Source: Octopus vulgaris
Lineage: Eukaryota
Assembly: GCA_951406725.2 (NCBI GenBank)
Contig: OX597814.1
Span: 169,632,001 to 169,696,000, forward strand
DNA length: 64,000 nucleotides
Direction: 5' to 3'
Part shown: in pieces, positions 13,414 through 27,984 of the stretch
How the letters are laid out: every line of letters begins with the position of its first letter
Position numbering within the stretch: position 1 is the first letter of the stretch
Translations under genes and position numbers: made by a program
Notes under the pieces: generated by a model
Told to the model about the DNA's origin: nothing
Database searches by the model: none
Seen by the model: the letters and a program-made list of their open reading frames with translations, nothing else

Positions 13414-14004
13414 ATATATCATCATCATCATCATCATCATCACCATCATCGTTTAACATCCGTTTTCCATGCTAGCATGGGTTGGACGGTTCGATCTGGC
13501 AGTGTTTCTACAGCTGGATGCCCTTCCTACCGCCAACCACTCCGTGAGTGTAGTGGGTGCTTTTTACGTGCCATCAGCACAGGTGCCAGGCGAGGTGCTT
13601 TATATATATATATATAAACAAAGTGCTGACACCAGAAAAAATCAAATGTTATGTAATGAACTTCATAAGTTAAACGAAGTGCAGACAAAAGCTGTTGTTT
13701 CTATTACCACTCTATACACATGTAACATGGTGTTCTGGATCGTACATATATTGAGTTCTATATCAAGTTATTAGTTTTGCTATGACTAAACAAAATATTA
13801 AAATAATATACATATGTAAGTATACACACACACACACACACACACATACACACATGTATTATTTAACACAGTTTGATGCGGTTCCCTGTTACTTCAAGTT
13901 TTGCAGGTCTCTAACATACACACACACACACACACGCACATCCATCCATCCATACCTACATACATACATACATACATATATACATACATACATACATACA
14001 TACA

Positions 14005-14037
<33 letters not shown>

Positions 14038-14289
14038 TTACATTATATCATAATGCAAATAGTTGGAACAAACACCACAAAGCATCCCATCTGACAATGA
14101 TATTTCTGCCAGTCCACCACCCAAAACTAATACTTTATTTTACCAACCTTGGATTAACAAGAGACAAAATTATGAAGCTGACCTTGGTGAAATTTGAACT
14201 CAGAAATTTGAACTCAGATGATGAAGATGATATGAAAGCACAGCACTGAGATAGTTAGCACAGTACATCTCATTCAAAGCTTTTATAAC

Positions 14290-14655
14290 TTAAATAATTC
14301 ACCACCTTGTATATTATTGTTATTACTACTTTCACTTACTTCATTTGTGATAGCTATATCATATATCTTATTGATTTATTTACTCAGTATTTACAGCTTT
14401 AATGGCTATATATTCAGTGTATGTTTTGAAGTTTATTGTTCGTATATTCATTATGTATCCTCTCTTCTTTTAAGAGTTGTATTTCTAAGTCTGATATCTT
14501 TGTTGATTTTAAGAATGTATCTTCATAAGTTAACTAGTCTGTTGGGATCCAAAGTTACTCTTAGATCAGGTTTATTTTCTCATCAATTATTTATTCTATG
14601 TGTCTGTTGTGGTAGTCTTGTTTGGGAGTAACAGTTTGGTTGTAGGATATACATG
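14290..14655 (-). pseudogene. Possible R4/Dong-type N-terminal fragment
   Basis: ENKPDLRVTLDPNRLVNL*RYILK resembles, from recall, the N-terminal block of these ORFs. Heavily decayed. Confidence 0.35.
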
Positions 14656-14726
14656 TAGTATATATAGAGAGAGATAGATAGATAGATAGGTAGATATAAA
14701 TATATATGTATATATATGCATGTATA

Positions 14727-14774
<48 letters not shown>

Positions 14775-15025
14775 CATATATATATGTATATATATATATA
14801 CTTACATATACATATATGCATGTATATATATATACACATATATATAAACATATACACTCATGCATACTTACATACATACATATGTGTGTGTGTATGTAGA
14901 AGGTTGAAAAGGAACACACGAGTTGATATGCATAAGGAAAATAAGACACGGTAGAAAATGCTAAAATTATTTTATCATGAAGAACATTTTAGTACCGGAT
15001 TCATTCTCTGTGACTTTTTTCAGCT

Positions 15026-15063
<38 letters not shown>

Positions 15064-15169
15064 TATGTATATAAACATGTATATATATACATGTGCATAT
15101 ATATATATATCTTTATATACATATATATGTATATATGCATGTATGTATATATATGTTTATAAAGATATC

Positions 15170-15932
15170 ACCATCATCATCCTTTAACGTCTATTGTCTG
15201 TGCTGGCATGGGTTGGATGGTTTGATCAGGGCTGGTAAGCTGAGAGGCTGCACCAGACTCCAGTGTCTGATTTGGCATGGTTTCTACAGCTAGATGCACT
15301 TCCTAACATCAACCACTCCGAGAGTGTAATGGGTGCTTTTGCATGCCATCAGCATGGGTGCCAGTTGCGTGACACCATTATCTTCCATTACTGTGATTTC
15401 ACTTGGTTTGATGGGTCATCTTTTCAAACACAGTCTATAATGCCAAAGGCTTCAGTCATTTGTCATTGCCTCCATGAGGCCCAACACACAAAAATTACCT
15501 TTCATGTGCCACTGGCATGAGTGCTAGTTACACAACACCAGCCACATTATCCATTACCCCTGTGAGGCCCAACACTGGAAAGGTACTTTTTTACAAACCA
15601 CTGACCAGCATGAGTGCCAGTCACATGATACTGACAATGGCCTCAATTATGGTTTCACCTGGCTTGATGAGTCTTCTCAAGCATGAAAGGTGCTTTTTAT
15701 GAGCTACCACCATGGGTGTCAGTTACATGACACTGACAACAGCCGCAACTATGATTTCACATGGCTTGACAGATCTTCTCAAGCACTGCATATTACCAAA
15801 GGTTCCATGTCTTCCTGGGTCTCTCTCTTTCACAGTTTCTTTCCATTGTTAGATATCGGCACTTCTTCACACAGCTGTCCACATCCATACACATGACATG
15901 ACCATACCAATGCAGTCATCTCTCTTGCACAA
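15170..15932 (-). mobile_element. Degenerate RTE 3' end (RT C-terminus plus 3' UTR)
   Basis: 15800-15930 translates VQER*LHWYGHVMCMDVDSCVKKC...RPRKTW. It is followed by the same UTR family as 39481-39891. Confidence 0.8.
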
Positions 15933-16219
15933 AGTTCGAGCAGGGCCCTCTACCTCCCTCTACAAGGGATTTGTGATTTGTCTACTTTCCTCTTTGCCAT
16001 ACTTGAAATGACCCGCCAAGCCAAGTGAAACTGTAGTCATGGCCGATGATAGTGCCACGTAAGAGGCATGTAAAAAGCAGCTTTCAAACATTGGCCTCAT
16101 GGAGGTGATAAGTGACTGTGACCTTTGGTGAAATACTATGCTCGAGAACACTTGTTAAACCAAGTGAAAGCATAGCTGTAGCTGATACTGGTGTCACATA
16201 ACTGGTACCCATGCTGGTG

Positions 16220-16500
16220 TTTCTCCTTTCCCTACCCACTGTCTTCAGTGCTTGACATTTTTATAGCGAACCCATTTTTTGTCACCAGTCACTATTCAGT
16301 TCAAAAAAAGTTTGTTCGTGAGACATGACAGCAGAGAAGAGCACACATTCACTCTCTGCACACGATTAGACTAGGGAAGTTTGTGACGAAGCCATTGACC
16401 CAATTTGCTGACTTTTCTGATTGCATGCAAGTGTCAATGAATGCTTGAATGACCAAATCCAAGCTTCTCTGCTAGTTCCTCAACAGTTATGATGGGATTT
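16220..16500 (-). pseudogene. Mariner transposase fragment
   Basis: TVEELAEKLGFGHSSIH*HLHAIRKVSKLGQW...FLN*IVTGDKKWVRYKNVK. Confidence 0.85.
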
Positions 16501-16977
16501 TGCTTCATCAGCACAGGCAGACAGGATTTTTGCATCCTGTGATTTCAGCATAAATTGTGCATCATCAGCAACAGGCACCTCTACCACTGAATGCCAGATC
16601 AAAAATCCATCAAATCAATATAGTTTAATGCTAACTAAACAATTAATGATGTTTCAAAAGGCTTGCAGGCTGTGTATAAATTAATATTCATTACAAAGGC
16701 TGCTTCCATCACTAGTAGCCATTTTCGATCTGGCATTCAGTAGTAAGGTGCCTGTTGCTGATGATGTACAATTTATGCTGAAATCACGTGATGCAAAAAT
16801 CCTATCTGTCTGTGCTGATGAAATTTCATCAACTGATATAATTTATGGGTTTTTTTAGCACCTAATATCTAGTAGCACAACCTACCAGTTCTTATGCAAC
16901 ATTACTGACTGCTTAGTTAATATTAAACTATATCAATTTACTAGATTTTTCAATCTGGCACTCAGTGGTAGGGCACC

Positions 16978-17023
16978 TGTTGCTGATGATGCACAAGTGA
17001 CACTGAAATCATGTGATACAACA
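16978..17023 (+). ncRNA. Hammerhead-like motif, third of three local copies
   Basis: TGTTG | CTGATGA | weak stem II | GAAA | TCATGTGA | TA | CAACA. Sister copies lie at ~16753-16797(+, stem III TCACGTGA) and ~16525-16572(-). Confidence 0.6.
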
Positions 17024-18108
17024 ATCCTATCTGCCTGTGTTGAAGAAATTTCATCAATCAATATAATCTTTACGAGGTGAATTCTCGTGACAATTACAAC
17101 AATTTACGGCAGTTTTAACAACACATCCAAATTAAGTTGGACAAGTAAATTAGCGATTGACTCCTCATTTCTGCCCCTGAATTCTGAGGTACCTTGCCTT
17201 TGCTAGAAATCATTATTTTCATTGAGATATTCTTTTTTTTTGTTTCTTGTGACCTGATATTAAATTCACCTTATTTTAAGATTCTTTATTTGCATCAAAT
17301 ACAGTGTATTACCTTTGTATCTTGAACTGAACGATAGTGTTTATATTTGTATTGTTTGGGTTTTATTATCTTTTTATAGCATTGAGTTCAGTTTTTAATA
17401 TTACTCTGCTTCATCTTTAGTTCTCTTGTTTAATTTTCCTCTTCATTTCTATGAGTTGTATTTTAACAATTTCATATCCTTCTAAGTATTTGTATAGGTG
17501 GTTCTGGTTGGAGTCTCTAATTTCAGTGTCTGCTTTCAATTTGATATTTTCAGTTCTAGCTAATTTCCTTCTTTTTATTGTAGCTTTAGCAGATTTGTTT
17601 AATTCTATACTCATTTTCGTGTCTTTAGCTACTTTTCAAATGGTCTAAAAGAGGTGGTTTATAATTTGCCCATAATATTTGCTAACAATTGTGGTTTCAT
17701 TCAATAGATTTGTTAACAGGGTCAAATAATGCTGACAATGAACAAGGGAAAGCATCTAAACTTTATCAATGGGTCTATCATCATCTGGCTGCTTCTCAGT
17801 TGCCCTCTATTCTTACTGAAGAGCAGACTAATGAACCTTTCCTGGAAAGAGTCATCACAAAGAGAAGAGGGGATAATATAATTCCCTGGGAATATTCCTC
17901 TTCTTATCAGTATATGACTGGTTTTAATTATTTTCTCTTTTCTTTGTAATAGTATGAATGGTGTTAGGAAGAGCACACAGCTAAAACTGTGCCAAACAAG
18001 TCAGATGTAATCCTCTGGCCCTTCTCAGAGAGCAGTAACTCCAAATAACAATTGACTTTGACCATAATGAACCATTCAACTCATGCAAGTGTAAAAAACA
18101 GGCATAAA

Positions 18109-18109
<1 letters not shown>

Positions 18110-18174
<65 letters not shown>

Positions 18175-18400
18175 GTTATTACTTTATGAAAACTCACAGC
18201 TTATTATCTGGGTATGATGGAAAGAGTCAGCTGTCCACAGCCAGCAGATGAAAGTGACTGGCCCTGCTTCAAGAACTCTGTGAAGAATTCTTGCAGTTCC
18301 AAGCAATGCTTATTTTTATAGGTGTTCTGCCTTCACACTGGCACCAATCTTTTTCAGCCATGCTGGTAGTTGAGTGCTGATGCTTCCAAGTACACCAGAC
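18110..18400 (-). mobile_element. R4/Dong-type 3' end abutting (TAA)n
   Basis: GVLGSISTQLPAWLKKIG...L*K*ALLGTARILHRVL, then a short UTR and (AAT)n. Confidence 0.8.
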
Positions 18401-18714
18401 AGAGTGCTTAGTGGCATTTCATCTTTCTTTATATTCTGAGTTCAAATTCCACCAAGGTCAACTTAGCCTTTCATTCTTTTTTTTTTTTGATGGGGGGAGG
18501 GGTCAATAAAACAAGTACCAGTTGAGCACTGGGATTGATGTAATTGACTTCACCTCCTCTCAAAAACTGGTGGTCTTGTGCCAAAATTTGATGGTGAACT
18601 GGCTGAGGCACCTTGGGCAAGTGTCTTCTACTGTAGACTTGTGAGTGGATTTGGTAGATGGAAACTGAAAGAAGCCCATCGTGTGTATATATATATATAT
18701 ATGTGTGTGTGTGT

Positions 18715-18754
<40 letters not shown>

Positions 18755-18993
18755 ATGTACGTATGTATGCATGTATGCATGTATGTATGTATTACAAAGA
18801 ATAAGTGCTGGGGTCGATTTGTTTGACTAAAGGCGGTGCCCCAGCATGGCCACAGTCAAATGACTGAAACAAGTAAAATTAAAAGATAAAACATAAAATG
18901 CCAGGCAAAATGCTTACCAGCATTTCATCCATGAGAGTCACTGCCTGGTACTGTATCAGGACTTTTAGTATTATTATTGTTGTTGTTGTTGTT

Positions 18994-19139
<146 letters not shown>

Positions 19140-20317
19140 CATTATTATTAATTTTTCCATGAGGCATTTTGCCTAGTGTGCTATCAGTTTTGCTAACTCA
19201 CTGCCTTAGAGACAGTAAATATTAAAATAACAACATTAGAGTTCATCTGCATGTTAATATTTAGTCTATAATTTTAGCATTCATTTGCATGTTATATAGA
19301 ATATGTAATTTTCAGTCATGTTTTAATGAATTAATGAAAATAAATAATAATAAAGAAATAATAAAGAAAACAACACTGTATTTCTTCATCTAAACACATT
19401 ACAAGAGAAAATAAAGGAAGATGATGTCTGTCTGGTTCAATGAAACAAATAGAAATATTTTTATATTCACTGATTGGATTTCAAATAAAATTATCTGAAA
19501 TTTGTTGACTAATTACCAAGCTGCTGTCAGATGATGATATGATCTTAGCTGCAGCAATCAAACTACCTAAAGTAGTTAAGTGCAAATAATTAATAATTAT
19601 AAGGTGGGATAGACAAAAAAAAAAAAAAGGAAATTAAAAAATATATCTGTGGTAACTAAAAAAATAAATTAAATTAAAATGCAAAAAAGTATTTTTGAAA
19701 ATTTTAAAAGATATTGAATTCCATATGAAGAAAAAATGTAAACATAGGATTTCTAGAAAGATTAGATGCTTTTAATTAATATCTCTTTAAATCAACTGAG
19801 ATTAATTATATATTACATCAGGCAGCAATGAGAAATAACTGTTTATATGTATGTCATCATAACTAATCTTGCTAAGAAGATTGTTTGGAGGTTAAAAATC
19901 TGAGTTAAAAAGAGCATGCAGTGAAGAATTAGATTATTGAGAATCTCAGTATGTAATGCTAGAATTGAAGAACACAGAATCTACCAATCATTCCATCCTT
20001 CTACCTGTCCCTCCATCCATCCATCCATTCATCCAACCAGTTTGTTTATTCATCTATCCAACCATCCACCCATCCATCTGTCCACCTGTCTGCCTGTCCA
20101 TCCATCCCATCCATCCATCCATCCATCCATCCATCCTTCGACTCCTAAGATCACTAGCCACTACACATCCTTTATTTTCTCTCATTGTTTCTTTCTCTAG
20201 AAGAGCATAGGCTCAAAATGTTAAAGACTTTTTCACTTATACTAATATATCTGTTTGTTGTCTACACTACCTGTCTTCATCTTCAGTTTTTTTTTTAGTG
20301 AATTCTCCCTATATATA

Positions 20318-20351
<34 letters not shown>

Positions 20352-20814
20352 GTGTGTGTGTGTGTGTGTGTACCACTAAATATATAAATATATTTATCTC
20401 TAATCTGTCTGTCTGTCAATCTGTATACTTGTGTGCCTGCCTGTCTACCTACTGCCTATTTGCATGTCTGTCTATCTAGCTAAATGTAGTTATTCCATGT
20501 TGCAAAGTGATTTGTCTTAGGAAGGGCATCCAACCATTAAAACCATGCTAAAAACTAATGTTCAAAGAAGACATGGAACCCACAAATAACAGTACAAGCT
20601 AATAATCTAAGAGGGCATAAACTCTGAATAACAACTGGTATAGGGTGGGCAGAGAAGGCTCTTTCATCCAGATTCAAATAACCTATCTAGTTCCAGTGAC
20701 ACAGTAACATACACTCAGTCAATGCTGTGAAGGCACGTGGCCCAGTGGTTAAGGTGTTGCACTCACAATCACAAAATAATGAGTTCGATTTCTGGACCAG
20801 GTAGTGCATTGTGT

Positions 20815-21312
20815 TCTTAAACAGTCGCCATAACCTTCTTTTTGAAGAGCTCAGGTTTAGGGAGTGTTTTTGGTCCAACCACTGTGAAGAACGTTTTTTA
20901 TTATTGTACAGAATCCACTTTCCATTACAAGTTACAATATGGTTAAGAAATGGATCAGTCTGGTTACGGGGAAGAAGCGACAAGTAAACTTCATATCTGC
21001 ACATTTGTTGATATTCATTCAAATCGTGTGGTACCCATTTGTTGAGCTTTTTGATTTTCTGATCACATGCAAATGGTTGCAGGCAGTTTTCTGGCTAACT
21101 CTTTTGCCAGTTCTCGAATGGTTTTACCTGGATCTTTCTCAAAAATGGTCTTTAATTGACTGCCATCGATGACAGATGGACATCCACTATGCACATAATC
21201 ATCAAGGCTAAGTTCTCCACTATGAAGTCGTTCAAGCCATTTTCAAGCTGACCACTCACTGGTCATTTCCTCACCAAATGTTCCATTGATATCATGAGCA
21301 GTTTCAGCTCAT
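20815..21312 (-). pseudogene. Mariner transposase fragment (HTH to first catalytic D)
   Basis: DINGTFGEEMTSE...W...SGELSLDD...SG.PS; PFLNHIVTCNGKWILYNNKKRSSQWLD. Confidence 0.85.
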
Positions 21313-21382
21313 GTATATATATATACATATATATACACATATACACACACACTCATACATACACATATTCTTTATTCATTTA

Positions 21383-21434
<52 letters not shown>

Positions 21435-22974
21435 ACTGTCAGCATCATGCAAGTGGTGTCCTTCATTTCCACTTTTCAGTACAAACATACCTGGTCCTGG
21501 GGAAATCTTACCTTACATGGGAATAAGTAATGGTTGGTGATAGGAAGGGTATCCAGCTGTAGAAAACCTGCCACCACAGACTCCATCCAGCACAAGCAAG
21601 CATAGAAAAGTGAACATTAAAACAATGATGATGATGATGATGATGATGATGATACTAAAGCAAGAGTCTAGTAAGTATGAAGTAATGAGGGATAGATGCT
21701 GAAACTGGTAATGTAGAGTAAAACAAGAAAATATAATATGGAAATCATACATCTCTGTAAAACATGCAATATAGAAAAGAGGGAAGGAGGAACTGAATAA
21801 TTACATTAAATACTAAATTACGTAGATAGGGAAGAATGCAAGTATGGAAAGCATGAGAGAATTGAGTTGGAACAGACAAACCAGAAACAGAAGACCAAGT
21901 AAAAGAGGGACACCAATGAAAATAGGTATTCAGGAGAGCAAACGTTAGGAAATAATGTGTGAGAGTTACAGAAACATAAAGCAAATAAATTCAAATAACG
22001 AACCATGCTAGCAGGAATATACCAGATTAAGGCCATGACCATACAATTTCTCACATATAAATCCTTCCATCCAGGAAGACAAATGAGTCGGGCAAACCGT
22101 TTCACAACAATGTAAAAACGGCAGTTATGGGAAGCACTGATGTAGTAGCACTGAAACACAAGCATCAACAACAACGACAACAACAACAACAACAGCAACA
22201 ACAACAACAACAATAACAGCAACAACAATGACAAAAATGAAGTGATACAGAAAATGCGAATCGCCATATGCATACAGGTGTATGTATGCACATGCATGCA
22301 GAGAGAGAGAGGAGCAGATTAATATTGTGAACATAGAGGAAAATAAAGTAGACTCACAGGAATACAGTTACATGCTGGAACCAACATATATTTATCAACA
22401 AACATGTGCTAGCAAGCAAATATAGCAACACAAACAAACACACAGAAACAGATGTGCAACAGCAAGCAAATACCAATAACAACATTGACTTTTAAGCTCA
22501 TAGGCCAGTGCTGATGCAGTTATAAAAATGCACACGCATCTAAATGTGGCATCGACACACACATACATATATATATTTACATATACTCCTAATATATTTT
22601 CCAATACTTCTTATTAACTATAATAATTACATATAATCAGGTATGGCTGGGTAGTTAAGAAATGTGCTTTGTAATCATATAGTTTTGGTTTCAGTCCTTA
22701 TGCACAGCATCTTAGGTAAGTGTCTTCTATGAGTAGAGCTGCAGGTGACCTATGCCTTGTAAGGAAATTTGATGAATGAAAGCTGCATAAAATTGATAGA
22801 TAGTTAGATAAATAGATATATACATATATACACACATACATTCATATACATACATGATACACACACACACACACATGTGCATGCATATAGGTTTGGTGAT
22901 AAGTGCCAGTGCATGAAACTTTTGACTTTTGATTCACTCTGTAACTTCTACCAATTATTAATCACACACACACA

Positions 22975-23019
<45 letters not shown>

Positions 23020-23066
23020 ATTTAGGAATGGTCATTTTGCCAGTTTAGCCAATAAAAACACACGCG

Positions 23067-23114
<48 letters not shown>

Positions 23115-23487
23115 ATGTATATATATTTGAAAGTCTATGAGAATTACTTAATATAGTTTTGAAGTGTAAAGGTGATCTTTTTAAATAAATAAATTTTTTT
23201 TAAAACGTTAGGAAATCTTTTATCAGGATGTTACTAACCTTTTATGGGAAGAAGTTTTTTTCTAGTGCGTGAGTGCTTTCTTTTAACCTTTTCAAACTCA
23301 AGTGAATTTGGAAGGATATATTAGCTGGGCAGATACCATATTAGCTCTCACTTAACTTCCAGTTAATGGCTAACTACAACAATTATAGTGTGCTGCATAG
23401 AACTATAAAATAAAATTTGTGGATGTACAAGACAGCATACTCTTTATTATATATATATCTCTGTATCTTTCTCTCTCTCTCTCTCTG

Positions 23488-23538
<51 letters not shown>

Positions 23539-23542
<4 letters not shown>

Positions 23543-24583
23543 CTGACCATACATACTCAATGTATGTGTTTTGTTTGTTTGCTGATTCGCTGCGATATAG
23601 TGCCTGAGGGATGACTCTCATTACACTGGGTGTTAAAACACCTGAAATTCATAGACAGGTTAGACAATTCACCTCCAATTGAATTCAGGAGTGATGGATA
23701 CCAATATTTCATCATTTTTGTGGCTTATCAACATCACATATCTGAATCAAACTGGAGTCATATCAAATCACCAGTCTATGACAATATGCAAATAGTGTAA
23801 AATCTATTTGCTGGTATGCATGGCAATATATATGTAGGATTAAATTCAGTAATGAATTATAAGCAGTACTAGTGTTGTAAAAATTATTGATTGTATTCAC
23901 CATGCATACCAGCATAGAGTTTTTACACTATTTACATATAGACATAGATTGGTGATTCAATTTGTCCCTGGTTCGATTCAAGTACGTAATGGTGATAAGC
24001 CAGGCTGTATTAAGACCCATCAAGACCCTAAGCACTTCAAAGATTTTGGTGCTCCCATAAAAGATTATGTGAGTCAAAATATAAACAATAACAAACCACA
24101 AAATAAATTTTTATTTTTCAAAATGAAACAAAACAGTAAGAGGGAAAATAATGTCTATTTTTGTATACTTCCACTTTATCTATATTTGAAAAGTTTCCTC
24201 CTACTTTTTTGAATTGCAAAGTCTTTGATCAGATCCTCAAAGTTAATCTTAGGTAACATATCTGCATCTATACTTAGTAGAGATAAAGGCATCCCGAATA
24301 TTATTTTAGCAAGCTTAAAGAGATTTCTTTTTTACCATTTCTGTGGTGCCCGCTCCTCTCCTTGATGCCTTAAGTACATGCTTATTTTGTGATAAGCCAC
24401 AAAAATGGTAAAATATTGGTATCCATCACTCCTGAAAGGTATCAGAAGCAAGTTGTTTCACTCTTCTAAAACATTCAGGTGTTTTAACACTTATCGTAGT
24501 GAGAGAGTCATCCCTCAGGTGCTATATCTCAGTGAACTGGCAATTAAACAAAACACATACATTACTTATGTACAGTTGATAAT
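23539..24583. repeat. Large fold-back (~285-bp arms) interrupted by the hAT-like MITE
   Basis: 23539-23823 aligns to the reverse complement of 23900-24000 joined to 24398-24583. Spacer is 76 bp. Confidence 0.8.
24001..24389 (-). mobile_element. hAT-like MITE with 8-bp TSD
   Basis: Begins CAGGCTGTATTAAGACCC. TSD TGATAAGC at 23993 and 24390. Related copies in the opposite orientation at ~9908-10658 and ~35072-35598. Confidence 0.75.
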
Positions 24584-25018
24584 GTTTACAATGCTAGCAC
24601 AATTCATTATTGAATTCAATCTTACTTATACATTGTCATGCATAAGAGCTAATAGGAACCATAAGGATATCCAGCTGTAAAACAAAACCTATAGAAGAAC
24701 ATAGAAGGTCCCTAAATTTCTGGCATTCTATGTATTTATATTTTTGCTTGTCACTACACCTACAATATGGTCTTGTGAAGTGGGGAATAAAAAAAAAACG
24801 TACAAAATTGGTGTGACAGTCATTTGAATAGGTAAACCACATACCACTACAGGGATTGCGATATATCATCATCATCGTCATTTAACGTCTGCTTTCCATG
24901 CTAGCATGGGTTGGACGATTTGACTGAGGACTGGCGAACCAGATGGCAGCGCCAGGCTCCAATCTATATATATATATATATATATAAACACACACACACA
25001 CACACACATACACACACA

Positions 25019-25054
<36 letters not shown>

Positions 25055-26719
25055 TATGAATGTGTATATAAGGATTTATATGATAAAAAATATCCAGATG
25101 GATAACATCCTGGAATTGGATAGACTTAGAACAATGTTTTAAAAATTGAGGTACACACACAAATTTGGTAGTCCTTTACTTCAGGGCATCCACTTTCCAT
25201 TTTGTCATTCAGCAATTATTATCATATCCTTTCTTTTCTTTTCTTTTCTCTTCTTTTCTTTTTTTTTTTTTTTTACCTTTTTGACTGCCTTGAATCATTT
25301 TGTAAAGTTGGAAATTTTGCAATTGTTGTTACAAAAATACATTTACACACAATCTTTGTATACATATATACAGACACACATAAATATTATGTATAGAGTC
25401 GACAGATGAGATTCAGAGATTCCCAACATAGAAAACACTTAACAGCACTCAAATATCAGGATTTTAACCCTCCACCCTGAAGAGGGCAGCCGGATTTAGT
25501 CAATGATTATAAGCTTCCATTACTGGCTGCACATTCTGGTAAACTACATTTGCCAACACTATGACGTAAGTCCAGATCTCCAGAAACAGCTGTCAGACTT
25601 GTAACACCACACCTCTTGCCCTTTATTTTTTTTGTCATTGTACTCTGTGTTGCACATCCAGCAGAGCATACCAGATTGCTCTGTTAGTATATAAATATCT
25701 ATATATTATACTTGAATATTCATCATTTGCAAATTTTCAGTTTTTGCTTTCTGTCTCTTTACATGTATATATATTTTTTTTTTATATCAAACCCAAGCAG
25801 CTTTATTTTGTTTATTTGCACCATTGTCTCCATATTTGCTCACCTAAATATTATGCATATATATGTATGTAAAAACAAAGAAAACGTTTTTTTCCTGGCT
25901 GTCAAACAAAACGATACTTACTACTGAATGACAATAGTGAAAATGATTGTCCATTAATTTTTGCAGCAAACATGAAAGTTATTATTGGGAAAAGAAAAGC
26001 TGAAAATAAATTATGTACATAAAGGATGAAATTTGTTTTTTTCTACTAGAAGCTACTTAGTACTAAAAATGTACTTATATCCCTAAATATGCATCTTTGA
26101 TCTCAAAGAATTGCAGATTATTCATAAGACAACTCATCATAACCAATGCTTTCCATCCTGTGTAAAAAACAAAAAAATTCACATCAAATTTGTCAATACT
26201 GATCATTTATATATGCTTAGACGAGGCTGTATCTGTATAGATACATGTCTGTGTGTACATGTGTATATGTGTATGTGCTTAAGTGTAGTTATGTATGAAT
26301 ATGTACATATCAGATTAGCTGCATGAGTATGTTGAACCGAAAAATGCAGTGAACATTTGCTTATGTCCAAGCACCATTATGGAACAACACACAGAACAAA
26401 GAATTGCTTTAAATTGCATCAGAGATCATGCTTCAAATTATTACAGTACATGATTTTCTACACTTAGTGATAGCTTATCTATGTTTCCATCAGACATTTA
26501 CTCTGTGTGTGTGCATGTGTGTATACGTGTCTGTGTGTGTGTGTGTATGTGTCTCTGTGTGTTTTGATGTATCTGTACATATTAAGTGCTTACATGTAGC
26601 TGTATTTGTATGTATTTTACTGTTTGTTGTGTATGATTTTCAATGTATAAATACATAATGTGCCCAGTCATAGTGTCATAACATATGTACATGTATACAA
26701 GATACAATTATTATGAAAA

Positions 26720-26782
<63 letters not shown>

Positions 26783-26783
26783 C

Positions 26784-26877
<94 letters not shown>

Positions 26878-26878
26878 G

Positions 26879-26936
<58 letters not shown>

Positions 26937-26937
<1 letters not shown>

Positions 26938-27236
26938 GCGCAATTTCCCAGTGGTTAGGGCAGCGGACTCGCGGTCATAGGATCGCGGTTTCGATTCCCA
27001 GACCAGGCGTTGTGTGTGTTTATTGAGTGAAAACACCTAAAAGCTCCACGACGCTCCGGCAGGGGGTAGTGATCCCTGCTGTACTCTTTCACCACTCTTT
27101 CTCCCACTCTTTCTTCTGTTGGCCTGCTCATTTAGCCAGCGGGGTGGCGTCATTCGAAGGCTAAAACAATGTGAACGCATTGTGACCAGCGATGTGTAAC
27201 AACATCTGTTGGTCTGGTCGGTCACGTGATCGTGTG

Positions 27237-27238
<2 letters not shown>
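26937..27238 (+). mobile_element. tRNA-derived SINE family C, tail type 1
   Basis: Head GGCGCAA..CCCAGTGGTTAGGGCAGCGGACTCGCGGTC...GGTTTCGATTCCC has A- and B-box-like motifs. Confidence 0.85.
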
Positions 27239-27268
<30 letters not shown>

Positions 27269-27984
27269 AGATGATTATACATAAACACACCCAAACATAT
27301 ATATAAACAGACTTAGAAGTGCTGACTGAGTTGGTATTTCACAGAAAATAAAGTAAATCTCTAATGCAGATTTGCTCTCAAAGAATTGCAGATTATTCAT
27401 ATGACAACTCATCATAACCAATGCTTTCCATCCTGTGTAAAAAAATGATTAAAAAGAGCTTAGAAAAATGGGTAAATATCCTTCAGATGGGAGAAAAAAA
27501 ATGGACCCAGCAGGATGCTACACAGAATCAAACCCTGTACCTCACAAATACATCTCAGCTGTCTTTTAAAGGGTGCTTACCCAATCTTCTAAGCTCTTTA
27601 TAACAGCTAATCTGCCCTCAAAATTTATTTTATTTTCTAGCTCCTGGGCCTCACAGAGTCAAAGTGCCCGAGCTCCTTTTGAGTGTTGGGCTTCACAGAG
27701 GCAATAACCCAGACCTTTAGTATTATGTTGTGCTTGAGAAGAAGACCCATCAAGCTGAGCAAAATTGCAGTCATGGCAGATACTGGTGTCACGCATTGGC
27801 ACATAAAAGCACCTCTTGGAGTGGTTAGTGTTAGGAAAGGCATCCAGCCATAGAAAACCATGCCAAATCAGACTGGATACTGGCACAGCCTTCCAGCATG
27901 CTAGCCCAGTCATACCGTTCAACCCATGCCAGCATGGACAACAGACGTGAAATGATGATGATGATGATAAATCTATATCGCTAT

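Noticed and set aside
22040-22110. DSL/EGF domain (ICLPGWK)
   Set aside because: The required cysteine spacing is absent in that frame.
25470-25600. Complete hammerhead CTGAAGA...GAAACAGCTGTC
   Set aside because: Stem I does not pair with the CTGAAGA flank. It is kept only as a half-motif remnant.
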